A stretch of DNA of 50,651 nt. Origin: Trichomonas gallinae. Taxonomy: Eukaryota. Where the stretch lies: positions 1 to 50,651 of the forward strand of contig MRSU01005229.1 in NCBI GenBank assembly GCA_008369845.1, written 5' to 3'. Shown piece after piece: positions 10,940 to 21,403 of the stretch (positions within the stretch are counted from its first letter, which is position 1; each line of letters starts with the position of its first letter). The position numbers and the translations under genes are program-made. Under the pieces are notes generated by a model. It was given only the letters and a program-made list of their open reading frames with translations. It was not told the DNA's origin and ran no database searches.

Positions 10940-12487
10940 ATGTCGACAAGCGCAAATCGAACTAAGGAGGATGGTATTGAGTCGAAGAGGGATTTAGATG
11001 TTGATGGTTCCTCAAGTGGATCCATGAAATTAAGAGAATTATCGAGTTCAAGCAAAAGGAAGAAAAATGCAAATTCTACAAAAGACTTATCAAAAACGCC
11101 AAATACGGAAATTAAATTAAACGAAGAAGAGGAATACGAAGAAGATGACGGAGATAACGATGATTATGATGTTGAAATCTCACAAAGCTACAGTGAAACC
11201 GAATCAAATTCATTTTTACAGTACGATTTTGCCAATCCACCTTCGATATTGCGATTTAAATACCAGTCTATATCAGCAACTTTAATTCGCGCGATTAATC
11301 TTTTCAGGAATTCTCACAAATTGGAAAGCATCGGTGAATCACCTATTCTCAGCAAATTATGCATGAAACACTCACTCGCGATGGCAAAAGGCGAATGTAG
11401 ATTTTCCGTTAATCCTATAAGAAATGAAATTCTAAGCCAGCCTTATGCATTCTACTACGCACATGTTTCTAAAAGCGATTCACCAAATCATGCGTTCATC
11501 GATGTAGCCAATGAATGGGCGACTGATAACAATCTGTCCAAAGCGCTACTATCGAAGATTAACTGTGTTGGAGTCGGCATGGCATCCAGCAAGAAAATCT
11601 CTTTCTTTACTGTAATCTGCGCAGTTAAGTCTTACATTGGAAATTCTCAAATTTACGGTAATGAACTGAAGAGTGTTTTGATTGGAAGACGCTGCGTTGA
11701 TCTCGTTAACAAAATTAGAGCAGATTTTAACCTTCACTCATATATTTACGATGATTTTCTTTCACTTCAAGCTTACAAGTTCTGCCAAGCAGATCCATCA
11801 AAAATCACACAGAAATTCATGCAATCGCGCTTTATAAATGTATCATCGTGTCACGTCGACTTTGGTATAATCGATGCAGAAACAGCAAATCCTAAATCAA
11901 TCGTTGAAGAGTGGATGCACCAAACACAGCATCCAATTGCCATTTTAGGCGAGTTCAATCGTATTGGTTGCGGCTTCGTTTTCAAGAAAGATAAATTATA
12001 TTCCGTTAGAATTGTTACCCGTTCACTTCATGCATCTCTTATTGATGGAACTGAAGTGTTAGTGGATAACAATATCCTCGCGAAACATGTTGCTGAAGAA
12101 ATGAACGCATTCAGAGAACAACATTCTCTTGCAAGGCTCAATCTCGACGAAGACCTCTTCAAATTTGCACAAATACACGCAGAATATATCGCAAACGGAT
12201 CAGAAGGTCCAAATCCAATAGAAGAGGATTTTTATCAAAATATTATTGAGCCAAGATATAAATTGAATGATATCAGCCACACCGTATGCCGTGAAATGGC
12301 TCGTGCTCCAAAAGAGATCATGAAGAAATGGAGAAATAACACCGATTGTGTATCAGTGATTTTGAATCTCGTTGATGATATCGGTGTTGGCCTCTGTTTC
12401 GATGAGGACTATGTCTGCCATGTGACTGTTATCATTGGCGATAAAGGAGGCGAAAAGGAAGTCGTGAATAAGATTGTTAGTTTGTAA
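10940..12487 (+). CDS. Protein with three tandem CAP/SCP domains after an acidic low-complexity N-terminus
   Basis: Three repeats of N-x-(F/I)R...L...W...G-x-G: INLFRNSHKL..KHSLAMA..EW..CVGVG; VNKIRADFNL..EEWM..RIGCGF; MNAFREQHSL..IHAEYIA..KKW..DIGVGL. Start uncertain (ATG at 10889 or 10940). Confidence 0.75.
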   Translation: MSTSANRTKEDGIESKRDLDVDGSSSGSMKLRELSSSSKRKKNANSTKDLSKTPNTEIKLNEEEEYEEDDGDNDDYDVEISQSYSETESNSFLQYDFANPPSILRFKYQSISATLIRAINLFRNSHKLESIGESPILSKLCMKHSLAMAKGECRFSVNPIRNEILSQPYAFYYAHVSKSDSPNHAFIDVANEWATDNNLSKALLSKINCVGVGMASSKKISFFTVICAVKSYIGNSQIYGNELKSVLIGRRCVDLVNKIRADFNLHSYIYDDFLSLQAYKFCQADPSKITQKFMQSRFINVSSCHVDFGIIDAETANPKSIVEEWMHQTQHPIAILGEFNRIGCGFVFKKDKLYSVRIVTRSLHASLIDGTEVLVDNNILAKHVAEEMNAFREQHSLARLNLDEDLFKFAQIHAEYIANGSEGPNPIEEDFYQNIIEPRYKLNDISHTVCREMARAPKEIMKKWRNNTDCVSVILNLVDDIGVGLCFDEDYVCHVTVIIGDKGGEKEVVNKIVSL

Positions 12488-12608
12488 ATTTATATTTATT
12501 ATGTTATGTTATTGAATAAAATTTTCTGTATAATAGCATGATGTTTACGAAAGATATGAAATACTAAAATTATTTTGAATTAAAATAATTTGATTAAGGT
12601 AATGATGA

Positions 12609-13265
12609 TTAGCAAGCACATGGTGTATTCATTCCTTCCATTTCACGTGTAAGATCAACACTTCTTTGGGCTGCTGTCTTTTCATGTTCTGGTTTCTTTG
12701 TTGCATGTCCACTCTTGTTGACGAACATTTCGCCAGAGCGAACAAGCTTGAAGATGTTCTGGCCGAGGGTATTGAAAACTGTAGAAACGTTTTGTGCTGT
12801 GACAGCGGATGTTTCATAGTAAAGCATATTGCTTGACTTTGCGTAGTTTTCACCTGTTTCCTGAGAAATGACTCTCTCGCTCTCGAGATCAACCTTGTTG
12901 CCTACCAAAATAATGACAGATTTTGGATCAGCTAACTCTCTGAACTGATTCAACCAGAAACTCAGCTCATCGAATGAATGCTGAGATGTGACATCATAAA
13001 CAAGGACGCAACCAACAGCATCTCTGAAATATGTTTTAGCAACAGCTTTGTAGGATTCCTGACCAGCTGTATCCCAAAGCTCAAGCTGTACAACGAATTC
13101 TTCGACATCAACACGATATGGACGATAGTCGACACCAACTGTTGTCTTCGGTTTCTCGTTGAATTTCTTTTCGATGAGCTGATCGACGAGTGCTGTCTTA
13201 CCAGATCCTGGTGCGCCAATAACGACGACTTTGAATCTGTAGTCTGGTTCACCGTGCATTGACAT
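12609..13265 (-). CDS. Rab-family small GTPase
   Basis: GAPGSGKT P-loop, TVGVDY, WDTAGQE, YFRDAVG, GNKVD, ETSA and a C-terminal CAC (CXC) prenylation motif. Confidence 0.96.
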   Translation of the reverse strand: MSMHGEPDYRFKVVVIGAPGSGKTALVDQLIEKKFNEKPKTTVGVDYRPYRVDVEEFVVQLELWDTAGQESYKAVAKTYFRDAVGCVLVYDVTSQHSFDELSFWLNQFRELADPKSVIILVGNKVDLESERVISQETGENYAKSSNMLYYETSAVTAQNVSTVFNTLGQNIFKLVRSGEMFVNKSGHATKKPEHEKTAAQRSVDLTREMEGMNTPCAC

Positions 13266-14035
13266 TGTTTATAAAAAATGAACTAATTCAGTCATCCTTT
13301 CAATTTTGACGATCGTGTAAACTCTAGATTTTAACCTCATTTTTGAGTACAAAATAGATATGCAGCGTGTTGTGTGGTGATTTTCTTTCACTGATCCAAT
13401 ATTTTATCATTCGAATGAAGTGATTTCGCTTAATTTCTCCTGCTTGTGCTCATGTAATATTAACATATCCAATACACTATTTCTGTGCTAGCATACTCAA
13501 TAGGTATTATGGTTTAGCTAATGATTTATTTTCGGAATTTTGATATAACTTGGTTTAATGGTTTTCGGCAATCTTATTCATTAATTTTTGAGCCATATAA
13601 GCTTCCTCCAAGTTGTCTTCAGTTAATTCCTCTATTTTTGTTTATATCAGTTTTTATATTTTACGATAGCTGGTTATACAAACTTATTGAATGCTTCACC
13701 TATTCTTATATGTTTCAAATTTACATTAAATTAGACATGGAATGATACTTATTTTTTAATATTATATACAAATTGTCAAACAAGTTTAAAAGCGAATATT
13801 TTGCCCATCTCTGCGAAAATTAAAGGTTTGCCGACTGATCGAAGGAAGGCGATGTGAATTTCAAAATAAAAAATAAAAAATATTAGCTAAAGACATATTT
13901 TCAATTTGGGTTATAAAATACTCAACAATAGTAATAATTCTATATAGCATATTAAGATTGTTAGTCTAATTTCAAAAAATGAGAATTAAAAATAATGGCC
14001 AAAGATATATTTTCTTTTTAAATTTAGCTGTTAAA

Positions 14036-14656
14036 ATGGATGAAGATGATGTATTTGCAGGGGAAAACGAAAATAAAAATGGCGCCAAAAAAGACAAATT
14101 GAGGACTCTGTTCGCATTTCCAATGGAGGATGAGCAGCAGCTCGCGAAAGTTATGACTGACAATTTGAACTTTGTTCAAGAGTACACATTGATACAAAGC
14201 ATGAAGCAGTATTTTGCTGCACTCCGCCATACTCGCGGTCATAATCCTGAAGGATCTCCGATAGATTTGGAAGTTCTTCTTTGCTTAAAGCTGATTCTCG
14301 GGTCTGTTGATCATCCCATTCAGACTCTTCACCAAGTCGGAATAATTATAGTTGGTGATGAGATTGCTATAAACGCAAATTATCTAAAAACATTTCTTTC
14401 GACATGCAGATCTCGAATTAATAACTCAATGAAACATCTAGGGTGGACATTATCTAATCATGACAAGTCGACAAAATCAGAATTACTCGCGCCATTAGTT
14501 GATAGAAAAGATGCTCGTAATTGGACAATAAGAACTATACCGCCTTCATCCCCAGTATACACATTTATACACGAGAACCCTACTGTTAGACTGTCAATGC
14601 CTCCAACTACTACTGAGATGTCATTAACTCAAATATCGCTAGAAAGCAATCAGTAA
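14036..14656 (+). CDS. Divergent IBD (IBP39-like) domain protein
   Basis: VGIIIVGDEIAINANYLKTFLSTCRSRINNSMKHLGW...ARNWTIR aligns by eye with the IBD core of the 9570 gene. Likely start MDEDD at 14036. Confidence 0.75.
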   Translation: MDEDDVFAGENENKNGAKKDKLRTLFAFPMEDEQQLAKVMTDNLNFVQEYTLIQSMKQYFAALRHTRGHNPEGSPIDLEVLLCLKLILGSVDHPIQTLHQVGIIIVGDEIAINANYLKTFLSTCRSRINNSMKHLGWTLSNHDKSTKSELLAPLVDRKDARNWTIRTIPPSSPVYTFIHENPTVRLSMPPTTTEMSLTQISLESNQ

Positions 14657-15682
14657 TCAATACTAGCTTCCATTATTCGTTTGTATTTAATCTTTTTATG
14701 TTGTTTATTGTTTATAATATTTTTATAAAAAATCTGTTATTTAGCTAATTTCGATCAACTGCACGCTTATATCTACTTATTTAAGTATGATATTTGATTA
14801 GATTCTTCTTCAAAATTTGAATTATTTTTTTTTTAAATTTGATTTTAGTCTAATATTTGCACATATATTTGGATTGGGACTACATATGTTAGTGATGTGC
14901 GAATTGGCTGTTTAACGATGATTTCACTGATTCACGATATTCTTCCTGACACCCAAAAGAAGAAATGTTTGAGCTATGATATATTAGAATAGCATTCATG
15001 TTAGCATTCAGAAGCGCAGTGAGGGAAGGATTTCTCAAAAAGAAAATAAATTGAGCAAAATCACATAGGAAGCTATCTTAAGATAAAATGGTAAACTATC
15101 TTAAATCAAATCAATGTAAGATTTCATCATTTTTACTCCCAAATAACATTCATCACAATAACAATTAGGAAGGATCGAAGATGCTAAAGTAATTCATCAT
15201 ACATGATATGAAATACATAGTATTATGCTGCATAATTGTTCCATTATAGTCAATAAAGGAATAATAAAATTTGATAGGGTTGTTATATACGCAGAAAGGT
15301 GTATAGAGTCCGAAACATGCTCTTTGAATGGTTTTACTGCTATTTTCGCATTTGATTCTGATATCCGAGATAATCTTTAGTTGATTGATCATAGGCAATG
15401 CACATCATTTCTCACAGGTCAACATAAACGAAAGACAAACTCCGAAACTTCTAATTCCATAAAAATGAAATCAAATCAAAAAAGTCACTTTTAAAAATAC
15501 CGCCAAAACACAAAAGTTCATTATGGACATGTATTTAACAGATGTGAACTAAAAAATTTGAGAGCACCAAATCGTTAGAACCTCACAAACGTTAATAGCG
15601 GAGTAAATTGGAAAACACCATTTTGCGTGATCTAAAAAGGATTTCGTAATTTTGGAAATTCAAAAAGCAGATAAGAAATCTG

Positions 15683-16111
15683 ATGTCTGCAACCATTGAT
15701 CCATTTTATGGCTATCAGAAGGAATTCGTCGCACCAGAGTTGAGTAAGATCACACAGCAATCTAGCAGAGGCCTAGTTTGCTCCGGAAATGATTATGCAG
15801 GACAACATAAAACTAATAATGGTGTCGCTGCTAGTCCAAATGAGGAGAAAGATAGGATTAAGGGAAGACTCACAGGATTTGATACGAAAAACAATATAGC
15901 ATGGCATGAAATCACAACAAGATTCGGAAATAATGTGAAACAACAAGAATTACTGAGTATTGCAAATATTCTATCTCAGAATGCCGGTATTAAACTTGAC
16001 CGTGATGCCAAACGTCGCAAATCTGTATTAATTAAGTGGTTTAACGAAAATTGGAATTATCTTGCCCCATTCTTGCAGTTTGTTGTCCTTGAAGATACAT
16101 TTGGACATTAA
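15683..16111 (+). CDS. Hypothetical protein with a basic helical C-terminal domain, possibly nucleic-acid binding
   Basis: Clean 142-aa ORF with TAA+A stop; motif ELLSIANILSQNAGIKLDRDAKRRKSVLIKWFNENW. Confidence 0.75.
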   Translation: MSATIDPFYGYQKEFVAPELSKITQQSSRGLVCSGNDYAGQHKTNNGVAASPNEEKDRIKGRLTGFDTKNNIAWHEITTRFGNNVKQQELLSIANILSQNAGIKLDRDAKRRKSVLIKWFNENWNYLAPFLQFVVLEDTFGH

Positions 16112-16368
16112 AAACACCCGATGCTTGTGGGCACTTAGATTTTCACTACTTTAATTATTTCATTTTATTTCTTCTTAAGAAATACAAGTTTTGTTTTCTA
16201 AACAGGTTATTAATCGCATGATTTTTCAATTACACATCATATTTCGTAGATTTTTAAAATTTCAAATTATATTTCATTGAAATTGTAAAATATGCATGCC
16301 AAAAGTTAGCATGGTTTATATTTTAGTTATATGAGAAATCATTTTATTGAACAAAAAAATAATGAAAA

Positions 16369-18813
16369 TTAATCTGTCTGTTTGACTCTTTCGTCAAGTT
16401 TGAGGACAGCAAGACATTCATCAGCATGAGCGAGAACAGCGTATTTATATGGCGTTGTTCCGTCTTCTGTTGCACAGTTTGGATTTATATCTTTTCTTGA
16501 GAGGAGAAGCTTCAATGCATCAACTCTGTTGTACATTGCTGCCATGTGAAGAGGTGTCAAGTTCTCAAAAGCAGTGGCATTGATGTCGACATTCTTGCTC
16601 TGCATGAGGATACGCATTGCTTCTGTGTGTCCGTTTTGAGCTGCATAATGCAATGGTGTTTTCTCTTCAATATCTTTGAAGGCAGGGTCAGCACCATGCT
16701 CAATTAACAAACGCATGACATCATCCTTTCCAGTCTGTGCTGCACAGAACAGTGGAGTCTTGCCTTTGCTTGTGACAGCATTGATAGCTTCTGGATACAT
16801 TTCTATGAGGCGAGCGCAAGTCTGGAAGAAGCCTTGATTTGCAGCGAAGTGGAGGCAAGTCCATCCTTCAACAGAAGACTGTTTGACATCAATATCTTTG
16901 AGGCCAAGAAGATAGTCAGCGATTGCGCTGTCTTGGATCTGCAAAGAGAAATGCAGTGGTGTCTCGTTGCCGATGTTAAGCGCATTGATATTTGCACCAG
17001 CTGCAATCAATGTTTTAACTGCAGCGAAGTGATTGTATTCGCATGCATAATGCAGTGGAGTCCATCCTTCACTGTTCTTGATGTTGACTTTGATTGATTT
17101 TTGCTCAAGAAGAACTTTGAGAATGTCATCAAGTCCAAGTTCGCAAGCTGTGTGAAGAGGAGCCTTCTTGCCTTTCTTTGTTAAAACATTGACATCAGTG
17201 CCTTTTGCTAACAAAACATTGACAACATTCAAGTAATTTCTCTCAACGGCAACATGAATCGGAGCGACACCCAATGTGTTTCTTGCATCTACTTTAACTG
17301 ACTCACATTCAGTTAACGCTATTGCTGTCTTCGTGTGTTTGCTTTCGAGTGAAAGAATTAGTGCGGTGTTTCCAAGTCTGTTTCCTGCATTGGCGTCGCA
17401 TCTTTTATCAGATGCAAGCATAACAGCGATGTCAGTGTCACCGTTAGTTGCTGCGATGTGAATTGCAGCTTGCATTCTTTTGTCTTTAGCATTGACGTCT
17501 GCTTTTTCGTTTTGTAATATAACTGAGGCTGTGAGAATTTGGGAACGAGAAACCGCTTCAATCAAAGGTGTTGATTCATTCTTATCTTTTGCGTTGATGT
17601 TGACATTTGGAAATGTCATCAATGCGCTCAAAATGCAGATTGAGCCATGCCCAGCTGCCTGGTGGAGCATTGTCATGAATGTTTTATCTTTCGCGTTCGC
17701 ATCGACTGCTTTTTCTTTCTTAGCGAACTGAAGGAAAACGTCAAGATCATCTGAAAAAACAGACGAAACTAATGGTGTCGAAAATCTTGGATGTGTGTTC
17801 GTAAGAGGAATCTTGACTTCGTTCACCAAGAAATCGGCAACTTCTTTCTGAAGATTCAGAATAGATAACTGCAGGCAGCCCTTGAAGTCAGCATTCTTTT
17901 CATGGAGTTTCTTGACAATATTGAGATGCCCACCTGCTGAGGCGAAGTTGGCAATTGTGTATCCTTCGTTGTTTTGCTGATTTACGCCAGATTTAGCAAT
18001 TAAATGTTCGAAAATTTCGTTAGAGCCGTAAAAAGCAGCGAACATGATAACATTCGGACGATTTTCGAGGAAAGGAGAAGGCTCAAAGATAGAGCACTCG
18101 ATTGGCTCATCAGCATTCTCTATGTATTCTAATGCGCCAACAGCATCGTTGTGTATAATAGCTTCAGTGGACATATCCATGAATCCTTGGTTTCTGTATT
18201 TCTTGAGAAGACTCCATGAGTTGTCTTGTAAGAGATTGAATACCTCGCGGACCTTTTGGAAGTGGAAATCGTACAAATTATTCTTATGAATGAAATCTGC
18301 AACTTTTTCGAACTCAGATTTTAATTCAGCATCAGTAGAAATTTCTGGAGCAAAAATATAGTAGATAAGTGCAGCTTGTGGATAGTGATCATCAGCTAAG
18401 TGCACGTAATGCTTCAAATATGGAATTATATCCTTGATGTCAATGGTTTGGCTATCAATGAGTCTTGCGATGAGTAATAAACCGCCTCTGTTAGCAGAGA
18501 AAGTAACATAAACACAGTCAAATGCGAAGGCTCTTTCGAGAAGTGATGTCTTGAAATCATGTATTTTGATTAAATGCTTTACAAGCGGGACAATACTATC
18601 ACGAGTTTTCGGAATGTATTTGAATGCTGATATTACCATTGTTGCTATCATATTTACACTATTCGGCAATTTGATAATTTCATGTGACGAAATTTTATTT
18701 GCGATTGCTTCAATTTTACTAGAGTCTACGGAAAATATCTCTTTCTGAACATCATTCATCAGTTCAATCATTTTAATTGAGTCTGGGGAAGGAAAAGCGT
18801 TTTTCTTCGTCAT
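16369..18813 (-). CDS. Ankyrin-repeat protein (814 aa, roughly 14-16 repeats) with trichomonad-type helical N-terminus
   Basis: Repeated TPLH/APLH..A...G...V..LL...A.VN units (e.g. GWTPLHYACEYNHFAAVKTLIAAGANIN) preceded by SIFEPSPFL..FAAFYGS. Confidence 0.95.
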   Translation of the reverse strand: MTKKNAFPSPDSIKMIELMNDVQKEIFSVDSSKIEAIANKISSHEIIKLPNSVNMIATMVISAFKYIPKTRDSIVPLVKHLIKIHDFKTSLLERAFAFDCVYVTFSANRGGLLLIARLIDSQTIDIKDIIPYLKHYVHLADDHYPQAALIYYIFAPEISTDAELKSEFEKVADFIHKNNLYDFHFQKVREVFNLLQDNSWSLLKKYRNQGFMDMSTEAIIHNDAVGALEYIENADEPIECSIFEPSPFLENRPNVIMFAAFYGSNEIFEHLIAKSGVNQQNNEGYTIANFASAGGHLNIVKKLHEKNADFKGCLQLSILNLQKEVADFLVNEVKIPLTNTHPRFSTPLVSSVFSDDLDVFLQFAKKEKAVDANAKDKTFMTMLHQAAGHGSICILSALMTFPNVNINAKDKNESTPLIEAVSRSQILTASVILQNEKADVNAKDKRMQAAIHIAATNGDTDIAVMLASDKRCDANAGNRLGNTALILSLESKHTKTAIALTECESVKVDARNTLGVAPIHVAVERNYLNVVNVLLAKGTDVNVLTKKGKKAPLHTACELGLDDILKVLLEQKSIKVNIKNSEGWTPLHYACEYNHFAAVKTLIAAGANINALNIGNETPLHFSLQIQDSAIADYLLGLKDIDVKQSSVEGWTCLHFAANQGFFQTCARLIEMYPEAINAVTSKGKTPLFCAAQTGKDDVMRLLIEHGADPAFKDIEEKTPLHYAAQNGHTEAMRILMQSKNVDINATAFENLTPLHMAAMYNRVDALKLLLSRKDINPNCATEDGTTPYKYAVLAHADECLAVLKLDERVKQTD

Positions 18814-18989
18814 TATGCACGTTTAAAAAATCGTTTCTTTTCATCTGAAGAACAACATTACAATTCACTATGTATGAACTATTAAACAACTGATTTAATG
18901 ATATTTTATATTGTTTAAATCATGCTATTATGTTATTTACTTTTATAGAAGACGAGAAAATTTTTCCATTTTGTGCGCATACTGCCCTA

Positions 18990-19134
18990 ATTTTTATCAA
19001 AAGTTACATCAAGAGCGTTGGAGGAGACCCGACAAAATACTCCGATCATAGTTTCCATCGTAGAGGTGCACACACTGCCGCCCTTAACGGCGCTCAAGAT
19101 AATGCCATTAAAAAAAAAAAAAAAAAAAAAAAAA
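18990..19134 (+). mobile_element. Degenerate tyrosine-recombinase fragment (DIRS/Ngaro/Crypton-like) ending in an A25 tract
   Basis: Reads IKSYIKSVGGDPTKYSDHSFHRRGAHTAALNGAQDNAIKK, matching the YR box G.DP..YSGHSFRRGGA..A...G....IK..GRW; the sequence is GC-richer than its flanks; A-run at 19110-19134. Confidence 0.7.
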
Positions 19135-19198
19135 CACTTTTGAGAAAAAAGAGCTATGATATCACGGAATCAGTTGCCAATAGTTTGATGCAGACCAT

Positions 19199-19319
19199 TA
19201 ACATCAATTCTAGGAACTGTGAGAAGGAGTTTGACAACTTAATAATGACAATTATTTGAAGCACAAATCAAAGCTGTTCTGTTGTCAAAATCTTTTGCGT
19301 TGACATCTTTTCCAGGAAC
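19199..19319 (-). pseudogene. Ankyrin-repeat pseudogene fragment
   Basis: Manual translation: VPGKDVNAKDFDNRTALICASNNCHY*VVKLLLTVPRIDVN, one ankyrin repeat with an in-frame TAA. Confidence 0.75.
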
Positions 19320-19798
19320 TGTTATTTTAATCGTTTAATAGTTGTTATCAACTATGAAATTATAGGTTTACTTAATCTTTTATTGTTATTGGATTTTACT
19401 TGTTGTCCAACGCCACTAAAACATATAAATAAGGCGTCAAGCCATGCATATGTATAGCATTTCCAACTTGTTATACAAATTTTTGTTAGTCGACTTTTTT
19501 TAAAAAATTTGCTTAGACAAACTTCTTCAATATTCGTCTAAATCAAAAAATGAAAACACCGCACTTATCAGCTTATTGTGCGTGGATACATGGCATGATA
19601 TTGAACTTCATCAAATATATTTCACATTTCAAAAGCTTCGAGTTTGAATAAAACACTGAATATTTGCTCCAGGAGTCTCACAACTTGCAATATTCATACA
19701 CATACATATATGAACTTATCCATAATATCAAAACAAATATCATTCTTCATAATCATATCATATGTAATCGCTCAAAACTTATCCCTGGATGTCCCTTA

Positions 19799-19880
19799 AT
19801 TATTTTTCTTGAGAAATATCATTCTCTTTGATATATTTGAAATTATTTTGTTGAGAATATTCATCTACTTTGATATATTC
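19799..19880. repeat. Degenerate two-copy tandem repeat (~43 bp unit)
   Basis: ttatttttcttgagaaatatcattctctttgatatatt followed by ttattttgttgagaatattcatctactttgatatatt. Confidence 0.5.
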
Positions 19881-20732
19881 TGATTTATAGCATCTATACA
19901 ATTATGGTCCAAAGTTTTTATTGCTAAATATTAAAATTTTTAGATTTTTTATAAAATCAAATTATAAATAAAATAAATTATATAGTCATGTAAAGGCTAT
20001 CTATAGGATGTGTATGGTACTGAATGTTTCATAGTTTGACCAATTTGCATAAAATACAGTAATTTTCATAGTGTTATTCATAAATTGCTTTGACAATTAT
20101 GAATGACACCAGGACTTGTATGATTTACAATTAGATTAAGGATTGCAATCAATGAAATTAATTTTAATATTTTTGAAATTAAAGAATGATTTGAAATTAA
20201 AATAATAATCATATGGTGTAGATATACAAAAACAAAACACATTAATCGATATTCTGATTTTTGGAATAATTATGTTATAGCATATCTTTTTTCCCTCGAA
20301 TTCGTTTTGTGAACTGTTCTTTCCTCAGCATTTTGTAGAGGACAACTAATGCAATGTAATGGACTATCAGCAAAACGATGGCAGCCACCAACCATCCATT
20401 TATTGACGCCATCTTTGTTCGATCCAAATTTTTGATCTTAATTAAACTTTTTTCTACTACATATCAACACCTTTTAAGGAGATTTGCCATTTTTATCAAT
20501 TTTTTTGTGGATAAAACGATATTACAATATGAACACAATTTTTCCACGTTTTCCAGTTAAATTTCAACTCAAAACAGTATCTGCACAAGATAAAACAACA
20601 TATTAAAGTGTTAAAAATGAATCTTCACTATCTTATTTTGTTTAAGTAATGTGATTGAGTTTGAACTATTCGTGGTTGAAAAACTATGCGGACATATAAT
20701 ACAAAACAACAATTTATTATGAAAGACATGAT

Positions 20733-21218
20733 TCAAAATGAATTCATATTCCTAAGCACTGAATACCATCTATTTTTGACTGCACAGGCTGTACGACCGG
20801 GCAGTTTGTTAGCTATCAGTGTCCATCTATTCCCAATCCTTCTCTGCTCCATGAGAATGAACTGATCTTCCCATGTTTCGAATTTTGTCTTTTTAAGGTC
20901 TGGCGCCAATCGGTACCGCCACCTTTCTCTACACTGTATAGCGTTCCTTCCAGGCACCTTTTCAGCCACTACGTCCCAAACTATCGGTTTGCACTCATTA
21001 ACTGCTGCAACAAGTAGTCTGTCTTCTTCCGCTGACCATAGTCCTTTTACTGTCTTTGTGGAGTCTTTAATTTGCGTCTCTTGAACATTGTCAAATAATT
21101 TCGTGTCCAAGAATTCTTTAGCTCCATGAAGGAACTGCGATTCAGGGGCCGGTAACGGAAGATCAAGTATTGACGGCAAGTGCAAAAAGCTTTTTATATT
21201 CCCAGGTGTCTCAAGCAT
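20733..21218 (-). CDS. R2R3-Myb DNA-binding protein
   Basis: KGLWSAEEDRLL..W..VAEKVPGRNAIQCRERWRYRLAP..K..FETWEDQFI...GNRWTLIANKLPGRTACAVKNRW. ATG at 21218; 21221 is TTG. Confidence 0.96.
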   Translation of the reverse strand: MLETPGNIKSFLHLPSILDLPLPAPESQFLHGAKEFLDTKLFDNVQETQIKDSTKTVKGLWSAEEDRLLVAAVNECKPIVWDVVAEKVPGRNAIQCRERWRYRLAPDLKKTKFETWEDQFILMEQRRIGNRWTLIANKLPGRTACAVKNRWYSVLRNMNSF

Positions 21219-21268
21219 CAATTATGAAATTGTTTTTTTTTTTTTTCATTCTCAATAGGTTTGAAATT

Positions 21269-21403
21269 TGATCGCAATTTTGAGAAACATCCTATCGTTG
21301 ATCGCACTTATGATCGCTGACTGCTTTATATATGATTATTTTATGTTAGCAATTTCATGACATTACTTTCAAAAATCTAAAGATCGTTAAAATTTTTGAT
21401 CGC
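21269..21403. promoter_or_regulatory. Cluster of TGATCGC motifs upstream of the Myb gene
   Basis: TGATCGC at 21269, 21299, 21311 and 21397; AGATCGT at 21381; TATCGTT (reverse AACGATA) at 21293. Confidence 0.5.

Noticed and set aside
15165..15398. 77-aa minus-strand ORF
   Set aside because: TTG start and no recognisable domain; at most a decayed fragment.
18930..19259. 109-aa ORF as a real gene
   Set aside because: Chimera of YR fragment, poly(A) and antisense ankyrin relic.
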